Part shown: positions 50,600 to 64,000 of the stretch, piece after piece
How the letters are laid out: each line of letters begins with the position of its first letter
Numbering within the stretch: the first letter of the stretch is position 1
NCBI GenBank assembly: GCA_043228905.1
Contig: JBHGNT010000010.1
Coordinates: forward strand, 434,001 to 498,000
DNA: 64,000 nucleotides
Source of the DNA: Azolla caroliniana
Taxonomy: Eukaryota; Plantae; Polypodiophyta
Reading direction: 5' to 3'
Position numbers and translations under genes: made by a program
Notes under the pieces: model-generated
Database searches by the model: none
The model's input: only the letters and a program-made list of their open reading frames with translations
Told to the model about the DNA's origin: nothing

Positions 50600-53500
50600 C
50601 GGGATCACACGAGCCATGTATGAACATTTTAATTTACTCACGGGCTCTTCTCAACTCCCTCCTCAAATTTGGTAATTTCTTCATGTCTCTCGACTTGAGT
50701 TTCAAAATCTTGATTTTTTCATTCCCTATCTTAGGTAGCGCTGTTAGCTTCGAATCGCAAGTTTGAACACAAAAAACCGAGATCACACGAGCCAGGTATG
50801 AAAATTTTAAATTAGTCATGGGCTCTTCTCAACTCCCTCCTCAAATTTGGTAATTTGTTCATGTCTCTCGACCTGAGTTTCAAAATCTTGATTTTTTAAT
50901 TCCATATCTTAGGTAGTGTTGTTAGCTTCGATTCGAATGTTTGAACACAGAAATCCGGGATCACACGAGCCAGGTATGAACATTTTAATTTAGTCACACG
51001 CTCTTCTCAACTCCCTCCTCGAATTTGGTAGTTTGTTCATGTCTCTCGACTTGAGTTTCAAAATCTTGATTTTTTAATTCCATATCTTAGGTAGCGTTGC
51101 TAGCTTCTAATCGCAAGTTTGAACACCAAAAACCGAGATCACACGAGCCAGGTATGATCATTTTAATTTACTCACGCGCTCTTCTCAACTCCCTCCTCGA
51201 ATTTGGTAGTTTCTTCATGTCTCTCGACTTGAGTTTCAAAATCTTGATTTTTTAATTCCATGTCATAGGTAGCGTTGTTAGTTTCGATTCCCATGTTTGA
51301 ACACAAAAATCCGATATTACACGAGCCAGGTATGAACATTTTAATTTACTCACGCGCTCTTCTCAACTCCCTCCTCAAATTTGGTAATTTCTTCATGTCT
51401 CTCGACTTGAGTTTCAAAATCTTGATTTTTTAATTCCATATCATAGGTAGCGTTGTTAGCTTCGAATCGCAAGTTTGAACACAAAAAACCGAGATCACAC
51501 GAGCCAGGTATGAACATTTTAATTTACTCACGGGCTCTTCTCAACTCCCTCCTCAAATTTGGTAATTTCTTCATGTCTCTCGACCTGAGTTTCAAAATAT
51601 TCGTTTTTTAATTCTATATCTTAGGTAGCGTTGTTAGCTTCGAATCGCAAGTTTGAACACAAAAAACCGAGATCACACGAGCCAGGTATGAACATTTTAA
51701 TTTACTCACGCGCTCTTCTCAACTCCCTCCTCAAATTTGGTAATTTCTTCATGTCTCTCGACGTGAGTTTCAAAATCTCGATTTTTTAATTCCATATTAT
51801 AGGTAGCGTTGTTAGTTTCGATTCGCATCTTTGAACACTAAAATCCTAGATCACATGGGCCAGGTATGAACATTTTAATTTACTCACGGGCTCTTCTCAA
51901 CTCCCTCTTCTAACTTGGTAATTTCTTCATGTCTCTCGACCTGAGTTTCGAAATCTTGATTTTTTAATTCCATATCATAGCTAGTGTTGGTAGCTTCGAT
52001 TCGCATGTTGAAACACTAAAATCCTAGATCACATGGGCCAGGTATGAACATTTTAATTTACTCACGCGCTCTTCTCAACTCCCTCCTCCAATTTGGTAAT
52101 TTGTTCATGTCTCTCGACCTGAGTTTCAAAATCTTGATTTTTTAATTCCATATCTTAGGTAGCGTTGCTAGCTTCTAATCGCAAGTTTGAACACCAAAAA
52201 CCGAGATCACACGAGCCAGGTATGAACATTTTAATTTACTCACGCGCTCTTCTCAACTCCCTCCTCGAATTTGGTAATTTGTTCATGTCTTTCGACCTGA
52301 GTTTCAAAATCTTGATTTTTTAATTCCATATCATAGGTAGCGTTGTTAGTTTCGATTCCCATGTTTGAACACAAAAATCCGATATTACACGAGCCAGGTA
52401 TGAACATTTTAATTTACTCACGCGCTCTTCTCAACTCCCTCCTCAAATTTGGTAATTTCTTCATGTCTCTCGACTTGAGTTTCAAAATCTTGATTTTTTA
52501 ATTCCATATCATAGGTAGCGATGTTAGCTTCGAATCGCAAGTTTGAACAAAAAAAACCGAGATCACACGAGCCAGGTATGAACATTTTAATTTACTCACG
52601 CGCTCTTCTCAACTCCCTCGTCAAATTTGGTAATTTCTTCATGTCTCTCGACCTGAGTTTCAAAATCTCGATTTTTTAATTCCATATTATAGGTAGCGTT
52701 GTTAGCTTCGATTCGCATCTTTGAACACTAAAATCCTAGATCACATGGGCCAGGTATGAACATTTTAATTTACTCACGGGCTCTTCTCAACTCCCTCTTC
52801 TAACTTGGTAATTTCTTCATGTCTCTCGACCTGAGTTTCGAAATCTTGATTTTTTAATTCCATATCATAGCTAGTGTTGTTAGCTTCCATTCGCATGTTT
52901 AAACACTAAAATCCGGGATCACACGAGCCAGGTATGAACATTTTAATTTAATCACGCGCTCTTCTCAACTCCCTCGTCAAATTTGGTAATTTCTTCATGT
53001 CTCTCGACCTGAGTTTCAAACTCTTGATTTTTTAATTCTATATCATAGCTAGTGTTGTTATCTTCGATTCGCATCTTTGAACACAAAAATCTGGTATCAC
53101 ACGAGCCAGGGATGAAAATTTTAAATTAGTCACGGGCTCTTCTCAACTCCCTCCTCAAATTTGGTAATTTCTTCATGTCTCTCGACCTGAGTTTCAAAAT
53201 CTTGATTTTTTAATTCCATATCATAGGTAGCGTTGTTAGTTTCGATTCCCATGTTTGAACACAAAAATCCGATAGTACACGAGCCAGGTATGAACATTTT
53301 AATTTACTCACGCGCTCTTCTCAACTCCCTCCTCAAATTTGGTAATTTCTTCATGTCTCTCGACTTGAGTTTCAAAATCTTTATTTTTTAATTCCATATC
53401 ATAGGTAGCGTTGTTAGCTTCGAATCGCAAGTTTGAACACGAAAAACCGAGATCACACGAGCCAGGTATGAACATTTTAATTTACTCACGCGCTCTTCTC

Positions 53501-55570
53501 AACTCCCTCGTCAAATTTGGTAATTTCTTCATGTCTCTCGACCTGAGTTTCAAAATCTCGATTTTTTAATTCCATATTATAGGTAGCGTTGTTAGCTTCG
53601 ATTCGCATGTTTGAACACTAAAATCCTAGATCACATGGGCCAGGTATGAACATTTTAATTTACTCACGGGCTCTTCTCAACTCCCTCTTCTAACTTGGTA
53701 ATTTCTTCATGTCTCTCGACCTGAGTTTCGAAATCTTGATTTTTTAATTCCATTTCATAGCTAGTGTTGTTAGCTTCCATTCGCATGTTTAAACACTAAA
53801 ATCCGGGATCACACGAGCCAGGTATGAACATTTTAATTTAATCACGCACTCTTCTCAACTCCCTCATCAAATTTGGTAATTTCTTCATGTCTCTCGACCT
53901 GAGTTTCAAACTCTTGATTTTTTAATTCTATATCATAGCTAGTGTTGTTAGCTTCGATTCGCATCTTTGAACACAGAAATCCAGGATCACACGAGCCAGG
54001 TATGAAAATTTTAAATTAGTCACGGGCTCTTCTCAACTCCCTCCTCAAATTTGGTAATTTCTTCATGTCTCTCGACCTGAGTTTCAAAATCTTGATTTTT
54101 TAATTCCATATCATAGCTAGTGTTGTTAGCTTCGATTCGAATGTTTGAACACAGAAATCCGGGATCACACGAGCCATGTATGAACATTTTAATTTACTCA
54201 CGGGCTCTTCTCAACTCCCTCCTCAAATTTGGTAATTTCGTCATGTCTCTCGACTTGAGTTTCAAAATCTTGATTTTTTCATTCCCTATCTTAGGTAGCG
54301 CTGTTAACTTCGAATCGCAAGTTTGAACACAAAAAACCGAGATCACACGAGCCAGGTATGAAAATTTTAAATTAGTCATGGGCACTTCTCAACTCCCTCC
54401 TCAAATTTGGTAATTTGTTCATGTCTCTCGACCTGAGTTTCAAAATCTTGATTTTTTAATTCCATATCTTAGGTAGTGTTGTTAGCTTCGATTCGAATGT
54501 TTGAACACAGAAATCCGGGATCACACGAGCCAGGTATGAACATTTTAATTTAGTCACACGCTCTTCTCAACTCCCTCCTCGAATTTGGTAGTTTGTTCAT
54601 GTCTCTCGACTTGAGTTTCAAAATCTTGATTTTTTAATTCCATATCTTAGGTAGCGTTGCTAGCTTCTAATCGCAAGTTTGAACACCAAAAACCGAGATC
54701 ACACGAGCCAGGTATGATCATTTTAATTTACTCACGCGCTCTTCTCAACTCCCTCCTCGAATTTGGTAGTTTCTTCATGTCTCTCGACTTGAGTTTCAAA
54801 ATCTTGATTTTTTAATTCCATATCATAGGTAGCGTTGTTAGTTTCGATTCCCATGTTTGAACACAAAAATCCGATATTACACGAGCCAGGTATGAACATT
54901 TTAATTTACTCACGCGCTCTTCTCAACTCCCTCGTCAAATTTGGTAATTTCTTCATGTCTCTCGACTTGAGTTTCAAAATCTTGATTTTTTAATTCCATA
55001 TCATAGGTAGCGTTGTTAGCTTCGAATCGCAAGTTTGAACACAAAAAACCGAGATCACACGAGCCAGGTATGAACATTTTAATTTACTCACGGGCTCTTC
55101 TCTACTCCCTCCTCAAATTTGGTAATTTCTTCATGTCTCTCGACCTGAGTTTCAAAATATTCGTTTTTTAATTCTATATCTTAGGTAGCGTTGTTAGCTT
55201 CGAATCGCAAGTTTGAACACAAAAAACCGAGATCACACGAGCCAGGTATGAACATTTTAATTTACTCACGCGCTCTTCTCAACTCCCTCCTCAAATTTGG
55301 TAATTTCTTCATGTCTCTCGACGTGAGTTTCAAAATCTCGATTTTTTAATTCCATATTATAGGTAGCGTTGTTAGTTTCGATTCGCATCTTTGAACACTA
55401 AAATCCTAGATCACATGGGCCAGGTATGAACATTTTAATTTACTCACGGGCTCTTCTCAACTCCCTCTTCTAACTTGGTAATTTCTTCATGTCTCTCGAC
55501 CTGAGTTTCGAAATCTTGATTTTTTAATTCCATATCATAGCTAGTGTTGGTAGCTTCGATTCGCAGGTTT
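50600..55570 (+). repeat. ~8-monomer block repeated at a 20-monomer (3560 bp) offset; ends approximate
   Basis: AAATATTCGTTTTT at 51595/55155 and ACGTGAGTTT at 51761/55321. Confidence 0.85.
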
Positions 55571-56860
55571 AAACACTAAAATCCGGGATCACACGAGCCA
55601 GGTATGAACATTTTAATTTACTCACGCGCTCTTCTCAACTCCCTCGTCAAATTTGGTAATTTCTTCATGTCTCTCGACCTGAGTTTCAAAATCTTGATTT
55701 TTTAATTCTATATCACAGCTAGTGTTGTTAGGTTCGATTTGCATCTTTGAACACAAAAATCTGGTATCACACGAGCCAGGTATGAAAATTTTAAATTAGT
55801 CACGGGCTCTTCTCAACTCCCTCCTCAAATTTGGTAATTTCATTTTAATTTACTCACGCGCTCTTCTCAACTCCCTCCTCAAATTTGGTAATTTGTTCAT
55901 GACTCTCGACCTGAGTTTCAAAATCTTGATTTTTTAATTCCATATCTTAGGTAGCGTTGTTAGCTTCGAATCGTAAGTTTGAACACCAAAAACCGAGATC
56001 ACACGAGCCAGGTATGAACATTTTAATTTACTCACGCGCTCTTCTCAACTCCCTCCTCGAATTTGGTAATTTCTTCATGTCTCTCGACTTGAGTTTGAAA
56101 ATCTTGATTTTTTAAATCCATATCATAGGTAGCGTTGTTAGGTTCGATTTGCATCTTTGAACACAAAAATCTGGTATCACACGAGCCAGGTATGAAAATT
56201 TTAAATTAGTCACGGGCTCTTCTCAACTCCCTCTTCTAACTTGGTAATTTCTTCATGTCTCTCGACCTGAGTTTCGAAATCTTGATTTTTTAATTCCATA
56301 TCATAGCTAGTGTTGGTAGCTTCGATTCGCAGGTTTAAACACTAAAATCCGGGATCACACGAGCCAGGTATGAACATTTTAATTTACTCACGCGCTCTTC
56401 TCAACTCCCTCGTCAAATTTGGTAATTTCTTCATGTCTCTCGACCTGAGTTTCAAAATCTTGATTTTTTAATTCTATATCACAGCTAGTGTTGTTAGGTT
56501 CGATTTGCATCTTTGAACACAAAAATCTGGTATCACACGAGCCAGGTATGAAAATTTTAAATTAGTCACGGGCTCTTCTCAACTCCCTCCTCAAATTTGG
56601 TAATTTCATTTTAATTTACTCACGCGCTCTTCTCAACTCCCTCCTCAAATTTGGTAATTTGTTCATGACTCTCGACCTGAGTTTCAAAATCTTGATTTTT
56701 TAATTCCATATCTTAGGTAGCGTTGTTAGCTTCGAATCGTAAGTTTGAACACCAAAAACCGAGATCACACGAGCCAGGTATGAACATTTTAATTTACTCA
56801 CGCGCTCTTCTCAACTCCCTCCTCGAATTTGGTAATTTCTTCATGTCTCTCGACTTGAGT
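55444..56860 (+). repeat. 766-bp tandem duplication unit (5 monomers minus a 124-bp deletion)
   Basis: Junction GGTAATTTC/ATTTTAATTTACTC at 55841 and 56607; shared CATGACTCTC, AATCGTAAG and TATCACAGCT variants. Confidence 0.9.
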
Positions 56861-59800
56861 TTCAAAATCTTGATTTTTTAATTCCATATCATAGGTAGCG
56901 TTGTTAGCTTCGAATCGCAAGTTTGAACACAAAAATCCGATATTACACGAGCCAGGTATGAACATTTTAATTTACTCACGCGCTCTTCTCAACTCCCTCC
57001 TCAAATTTGGTAATTTGTTCATGTCTCTCGACCTGAGTTTCAAAATCTTGATTTTTTAATTCCATATCATAGGTAGCGTTGTTAGTTTCGATTCCCATGT
57101 TTGAACACAAAAATCCGATATTACACGAGCCAGGTATGAACATTTTAATTTACTCACGCGCTCTTCTCAACTCCCTCCTCAAATTTTGTAATTTCTTCAT
57201 GTCTCTCGACTTGTGTTTCAAAATCTTGATTTTTTAATTCCATATCATAGGTAGCGTTGTTACCTTCGAATCGCATGTTTGAACACAAAAAACCGAGATC
57301 ACACGAGCCAGGTATGAACATTTTAATTTACTCACGCGCTCTTCTCAACTCCCTCGTCAAATTTGGTAATTTCTTCATGTCTCTCGACCTGAATTTCAAA
57401 ATCTCGATTTTTTAATTCCATATTATAGGTAGCGTTGTTAGCTTCGATTCGCATCTTTGAACACTAAAATCCTAGATCACATGGGCCAGGTATGACCATT
57501 TTAATTTACTGAGGGGCTCTTCTCAACTCCCTCTTCTAACTTGGTAATTTCTTCATGTCTCTCGACCTGAGTTTCGAAATCTTGATTTTTTAATTCCATA
57601 TCATAGCTAGTGTTGTTAGCTTCCATTCGCATGTTTAAACACTAAAATCCGGGATCACACGAGCCAGGTATGAACATTTTAATTTAATCACGCGCTCTTC
57701 TCACCTCCCTCGTCAAATTTGGTAATTTCTTCATGTCTCTCGACCTGAGTTTCAAACTCTTGATTTTTTAATTCTATATCATAGCTAGTTTTGTTAGCTT
57801 CGATTCGCATCTTTGAACACAAAAATCTGGTATCACACGAGGCAGGTATGAAAATTTTAAATTAGTCACGGGCTCTTCTCAACTCCCTCCTCAAATTTGG
57901 TAATTTCTTCATGTCTCTCGACCTGAGTTTCAAAATCTTGATTTTTTAATTCCATATCATAGCTAGTGTTGTTAGCTTCGATTCGAATGTTTGAACACAG
58001 AAATCCAGGATCACACGAGCCAGGTATGAACATTTTAATTTAGTCACGCGCTCTTCTCAACTCCCTCCTCGAATTTGGTAGTTTCTTCATGTCTCTCGAC
58101 TTGAGTTTCAAAATCTTGATTTTTTAATTCCATATCATAGGTAGCGTTGTTAGTTTCGATTCCCATGTTTGAACACAAAAATCCAATATTACACGAGCCA
58201 GGTATGAACATTTTAATTTAGTCACGCGCTCTTCTCAACTCCCTCCTCAAATTTGGTAATTTCTTCATGTCTCTCGACTTGAGTTTCAAAATCTTGATTT
58301 TTTAATTCCATATCATAGGTAGCGTTGTTAGCTTCGAATCGCAAGTTTGAACACAAAAAACCGAGATCACACGAGCCAGGTATGAACATTTTAATTTACT
58401 CACGCGCTCTTCTCAACTCCCTCGTCAAATTTGGTAATTTCTTCATGTCTCTCGACCTGAGTTTCAAAATCTCGATTTTTGAATTCCATATTATAGGTAG
58501 CGTTGTTAGCTTCGATTCGCATCTTTGAACACTAAAATCCTAGATCACATGGGCCAGGTATGAACATTTTAATTTACTCACGGGCTCTTGTCAACTCCCT
58601 CTTCTAACTTGGTAATTTCTTCATGTCTCTCGACCTGAGTTTCGAAATCTTGATTTTTTCATTCCCTATCTTAGGTAGCGCTGTTAGCTTCGAATCGCAA
58701 GTTTGAACACAAAAAACCGAGATCACACGAGGCAGGTATGAACATTTTAATTTACTCACGCGCTCTTCTCAACTCTCTCCTCAAATTTGGTAATCTGTTC
58801 ATGTCTCTCGACCTGAGTTTCAAAATCTTGATTTTTTAATTCCATATCTTAGGTAGCGTTGCTAGCATCTAATCGCAAGTTTGAACACCAAAAACCGAGA
58901 TCACACGAGCCAGGTATGAACATTTTAATTTACTCACGCGCTCTTCTCAACTCCCTCCTTGAATTTGGTAATTTGTTCATGTCTTTCGACCTGAGTTTCA
59001 AAAGCTTGATTTTTTAATTCCATATCATAGGTAGCGTTGTTAGTTTCGATTCCCATGTTTGAACACAAAAATCCGATATTACACGAGCCAGGTATGAACA
59101 TTTTAATTTAGTCACGCGCTCTTCTCAACTCCCTCCTCAAATTTGGTAATTTCTTCATGTCTCTCGACTTGAGTTTCAAAATCTTGATTTTTTAATTCCA
59201 TATCATAGGTAGCGTTGTTAGCTTCGAATCGCAAGTTTGAACACAAAAATCCGATATTACACGAGCCAGGTATCAACATTTTAATTTACTCACGCGCTCT
59301 TCTCAACTCCCTCCTCAAATTTGGTAATTTGTTCATGTCTCTCGACCTGAGTTTCAAAATCTTGATTTTTTAATTCCATATCATAGGGAGCGTTGTTAGT
59401 TTCGATTCCCATGTTTGAACAAAAAAATCCGATATTACACGAGCCAGGTATGAACATTTTAATTTACTCACGCGCTCTTCTCAACTCCCTCCTCAAATTT
59501 TGTAATTTCTTCATGTCTCTCGACTTGTGTTTCAAAATCTTGATTTTTTAATTCCATATCATAGGTAGCGTTGTTAGCTTCGAATCGCAAGTTTGAACAC
59601 AAAAAACCGAGATCACACGAGCCAGGTATGAACATTTTAATTTACTCACGCGCTCTTCTCAACTCCCTCGTCAAATTTGGTAATTTCTTCATGTCTCTCG
59701 ACCTGAGTTTCAAAATCTCGATTTTTGAATTCCATATTATAGGTAGCGTTGTTAGCTTCGATTCGCATCTTTGAATACTAAAATCCTAGATCACATGGGC

Positions 59801-62800
59801 CAGGTATGAACATTTTAATTTACTCACGGGCTCTTGTCAACTCCCTCTTCTAACTTGGTAATTTCTTCATGTCTCTCGACCTGAGTTTCGAAATCTTGAT
59901 TTTTTCATTCCCTATCTTAGGTAGCGCTGTTAGCTTCGAATCGCAAGTTTGAACACAAAAAACCGAGATCACACGAGGCAGGTATGAACATTTTAATTTA
60001 CTCACGCGCTCTTCTCAACTCTCTCCTCAAATTTGGTAATTTCTTCATGTCTCTCCACCTGAGTTTCAAAATCTCGATTTTTTAATTCCATATTATAGGT
60101 AGTGTTGTTAGCTTCGATCCGCATCTTTGAACACTAAAATCCTAGATCACATGGGCCAGGTATGAACATTTTAATTTACTCATGGGCTCTTGTCAACTCC
60201 CTCTTCTAACTTGGTAATTTCTTCATGTCTCTCGACCTGAGTTTCGAAATCTTGATTTTTTCATTCCCTATCTTAGGTAGCGCTGTTAGCTTCGAATCGC
60301 AAGTTTGAACACAAAAAACTGAGATCACACGAGCCAGGTATGAACATTTTAATTTACTGACGCGCTCTTCTCAACTCCCTCCTCAAATTTGGTAATTTGT
60401 TCATGTCTCTCGACCTGAGTTTCAAAATCTTGATTTTTTAATTCCATATCTTAGGTAGCGTTGCTAGCTTCTAATCGCAAGTTTGAACACCAAAAACGGA
60501 GATCACACGAGCCAGGTATGAACATTTTAATTTACTCACGCGCTCTTCTCAACTCCCTCCTCGAATTTGGTAATTTGTTCATGTCTTTCGACCTGAGTTT
60601 CAAAATCTTGATTTTTTAATTCCATATCATAGGTAGCGTTGTTAGTTTCGATTCCCATGTTTGAACACAAAAATCCAATATTACACAAGCCAGGTATGAA
60701 CATTTTAATTTACTCACGCGCTCTTCTCAACTCCCTCTTCTAACTTGGTAATTTCTTCATGTCTCTCGACCTGAGTTTCGAAATCTTGATTTTTTCATTC
60801 CCTATCTTAGGTAGCGCTGTTAGCTTCGAATCGCAAGTTTGAACACAAAAAACCGAGATCACACGAGCCAGGTATGAACATTTTAATTTACTCACGCGCT
60901 CTTCTCAACTCCCTCCTCAAATTTGGTAATTTGTTCATGTCTCTCGACCTGAGTTTCAAAATCTTGATTTTTTAATTCCATATCTTAGGTAGCGTTGCTA
61001 GGTTCTAATCGCAAGTTTGAACACCAAAAACCGAGATCACACGAGCCAGGTATGAACATTTTAATTTACTCACGCGCTCTTCTCAACTCCCTCCTCGAAT
61101 TTGGTAATTTGTTCATGTCTTTCGACCTGAGTTTCAAAATCTTAATTTTTTAATTCCATATCATAGGTAGCGTTGTTACTTTCGATTCCCATGTTTGAAC
61201 ACAAAAATCCGATATTACACGAGCCAGGTATGAACATTTTAATTTACTCACGCGCTCTTCTCAACTCCCTCCTCAAATTTGGTAATTTCTTCATGTCTCT
61301 CGACTTGAGTTTCAAAATCTTGATTTTTTAATTCCATATCATAGGTAGCGATGTTAGCTTCGAATCGCAAGTTTGAACAAAAAAAACCGAGATCACACGA
61401 GCCAGGTATGAACATTTTAATTTACTCACGCGCTCTTCTCAACTCCCTCGTCAAATTTGGTAATTTCTTCATGTCTCTTGACCTGAGTTTCAAAATCTCG
61501 ATTTTTTAATTCCATATTATAGGTAGTGTTGTTAGCTTCGATTCGCATCTTTGAACACTAAAATCCTAGATCACATGGGCCAGGTATGAACATTTTAATT
61601 TACTCACGGGCTCTTCTCAACTCCCTCTTCTAACTTGGTAATTTCTTCATGTCTCTCGACCTGAGTTTCGAAATCTTGATTTTTTAATTCCATATCATAG
61701 CTAGTGTTGTTAGCTTCCATTCACATGTTTAAACACTAAAATCCGGGATCACACGAGCCAGGTATGAACATTTTAATTTAATCACGCGCTCTTCTCAACT
61801 CCCTCGTCAAATTTGGTAATTTCTTCATGTCTCTCGACCTGAGTTTCAAACTCTTGATTTTTTAATTCTATATCATAGCTAGTGTTGTTAGCTTCGATTC
61901 GCATCTTTGAACACAAAAATCTGGTATCACACGAGCCAGGGATGAAAATTTTAAATTAGTCACGGGCTCTTCTCAACTCCCTCCTCAAATTTGGTAATTT
62001 CTTCATGTCTCTCGACCTGAGTTTCAAAATCTTGATTTTTTAATTCCATATCATAGGTAGCGTTGTTAGTTTCGATTCCCATGTTTGAACACAAAAATCC
62101 GATATTACACGAGCCAGGTATGAACATTTTAATTTACTCACGCGCTCTTCTCAACTCCCTCCTCAAATTTGGTAATTTCTTCATGTCTCTCGACTTGAGT
62201 TTCAAAATCTTTATTTTTTAATTCCATATCATAGGTAGCGTTGTTAGCTTCGAATCGCAAGTTTGAACACGAAAAACCGAGATCACACGAGCCAGGTATG
62301 AACATTTTAATTTACTCACGCGCTCTTCTCAACTCCCTCGTCAAATTTGGTAATTTCTTCATGTCTCTCGACCTGAGTTTCAAAATCTCGATTTTTTAAT
62401 TCCATATTATAGGTAGCGTTGTTAGCTTCGATTCGCATGTTTGAACACTAAAATCCTAGATCACATGGGCCAGGTATGAACATGTTAATTTACTCACGGG
62501 CTCTTCTCAACTCCCTCTTCTAACTTGGTAATTTCTTCATGTCTCTCGACCTGAGTTTCGAAATCTTGATTTTTTAATTCCATATCATAGCTAGTGTTGT
62601 TAGCTTCCATTCGCATGTTTAAACACTAAAATCCGGGATCACACGAGCCAGGTATAAACATTTTAATTTAATCACGCACTCTTCTCAACTCCCTCATCAA
62701 ATTTGGTAATTTCTTCATGTCTCTCGACCTGAGTTTCAAACTCTTGATTTTTTAATTCTATATCATAGCTAGTGTTGTTAGCTTCGATTCGCATCTTTGA

Positions 62801-64000
62801 ACACAAAAATCTGGTATCACACGAGCCAGGTATGAAAATTTTAAATTAGTCACGGGCTCTTCTCAACTCCCTCCTCAAATTTGGTAATTTCTTCATGTCT
62901 CTCGACCTGAGTTTCAAAATCTTGATTTTTTAATTCCATATCATAGCTAGTGTTGTTAGCTTCGATTCGAATGTTTGAACACAGAAATCCGGGATCACAC
63001 GAGCCAGGGATGAACATTTTAATTTAGTCACGCGCTCTTCTCAACTCCCTCCTCGAATTTGGTAATTTCTTCATGTCTCCTGACCTGAGTTTCAAAATCT
63101 TGATTTTTTAATTCCATATCATAGCTAGTGTTGTTAGCTTCGATTCGCATGTTTAAACACTAAAATCAGGGATCACACGAGCCAGGTATGAACATTTGAA
63201 TTTAGTCACGCGCTCTTCTAAACTCCCTCCTCAAATTTGGTAATTTCTTTATGTCTCTCGACCTGAGTTTTAAAATCTTAATTTTTTAATTCCATATTAT
63301 AGGTAGCATTGTTAGCTTCGATTCGCATGTTGAACACAGAAATCCGGGATCACACGAGCCATGTATGAACATTTTAATTTACTCACGGGCTCTTCTCAAC
63401 TCCCTCCTCAAATTTGGTAATTTCTTCATGTCTCTCGACTTGAGTTTCAAAATCTTGATTTTTTCATTCCCTATCTTAGGTAGCGCTGTTAGCTTCGAAT
63501 CGCAAGTTTGAACACAAAAAACCGAGATCACACGAGCCAGGTATGAAAATTTTAAATTAGTCATGGGCTCTTCTCAACTCCCTCCTCAAATTTGGTAATT
63601 TGTTCATGTCTCTCGACCTGAGTTTCAAAATCTTGATTTTTTAATTCCATATCTTAGGTAGTGTTGTTAGCTTCGATTCGAATGTTTGAACACAGAAATC
63701 CGGGATCACACGAGCCAGGTATGAACATTTTAATTTAGTCACACGCTCTTCTCAACTCCCTCCTCGAATTTGGTAGTTTGTTCATGTCTCTCGACTTGAG
63801 TTTCAAAATCTTGATTTTTTAATTCCATATCTTAGGTAGCGTTGCTAGCTTCTAATCGCAAGTTTGAACACCAAAAACCGAGATCACACGAGCCAGGTAT
63901 GATCATTTTAATTTACTCACGCGCTCTTCTCAACTCCCTCCTCGAATTTGGTAGTTTCTTCATGTCTCTCGACTTGAGTTTCAAAATCTTGATTTTTTAA

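Larger units (their letters stand above)
1..64000 (+). repeat. Tandem satellite array, 178-bp monomer, ~360 copies, continuing beyond both window edges; putative centromeric/heterochromatic satellite of unidentified family
   Basis: TTTGAACAC recurs at 1, 179, 357, 535 and onward with period 178. Approximate consensus: TTTGAACACAAAAATCCGRGATCACACGAGCCAGGTATGAACATTTTAATTTACTCACGSGCTCTTCTCAACTCCCTCCTCAAATTTGGTAATTTCTTCATGTCTCTCGACCTGAGTTTCAAAATCTTGATTTTTTAATTCCATATCATAGGTAGCGTTGTTAGCTTCGAWTCGCAWG. No unique sequence interrupts it. The centromeric role is inferred only from monomer size and array organisation. Confidence 0.99.
23401..64000 (+). repeat. Satellite domain B (monomers rich in CACGCGCTC, GACTTGAG, TCGAATTTGGTAG, GATTCCCATG, CCGATATTAC, AAAAAACCGAG, CCTAGATC and CTAACTTGGTAAT variants)
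   Basis: These diagnostic variants become common only after ~23.4 kb. Confidence 0.85.

Noticed and set aside
2361-63335. Scattered 1-2 bp indels (for example ~2365, ~7735, ~26725, ~28495, ~42940)
   Set aside because: Mostly in or near homopolymer runs and could be sequencing error. Only those shared between duplicated blocks or needed for offset sums were used.
18334-63564. All 32 short ORFs (60-68 aa) on both strands
   Set aside because: Each is about one monomer long and opens only where a SNP or indel removes a stop codon, mostly in the TTTTTTAATT tract. The 178-bp unit is not a multiple of 3, many starts are non-ATG, and the peptides resemble no family I recognise. They are useful only as repeat markers.
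1-64000. CRISPR-like or other repeat-spacer array
   Set aside because: There are no unique spacers; the variable segments are point variants of one sequence, and no cas genes are present.

Overview
The whole 64 kb window is a head-to-tail satellite DNA array of about 360 copies of a 178-bp monomer (about 38% GC in monomer 1), of the kind found in eukaryotic centromeric or heterochromatic regions. I see no genes, RNA genes, transposons or CRISPR array, and all listed ORFs are by-products of the repeat. I could not assign the satellite to a named family or species. The informative signal is internal structure. There is one ~200-bp inverted tract at 1753-1953 that forms a 111-bp-arm inverted repeat and fits a template-switch model exactly. 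There is a change of monomer variant library at ~23.4 kb, many local higher-order repeats (2, 5, 7, 10/11, 13, 15, 17/18 and 20 monomers), longer-range 9-13 kb mosaic duplications, and several microhomology or templated-insertion repair scars. All counts and offsets were read by eye and should be confirmed by alignment. I found no evidence of a new protein-coding system.
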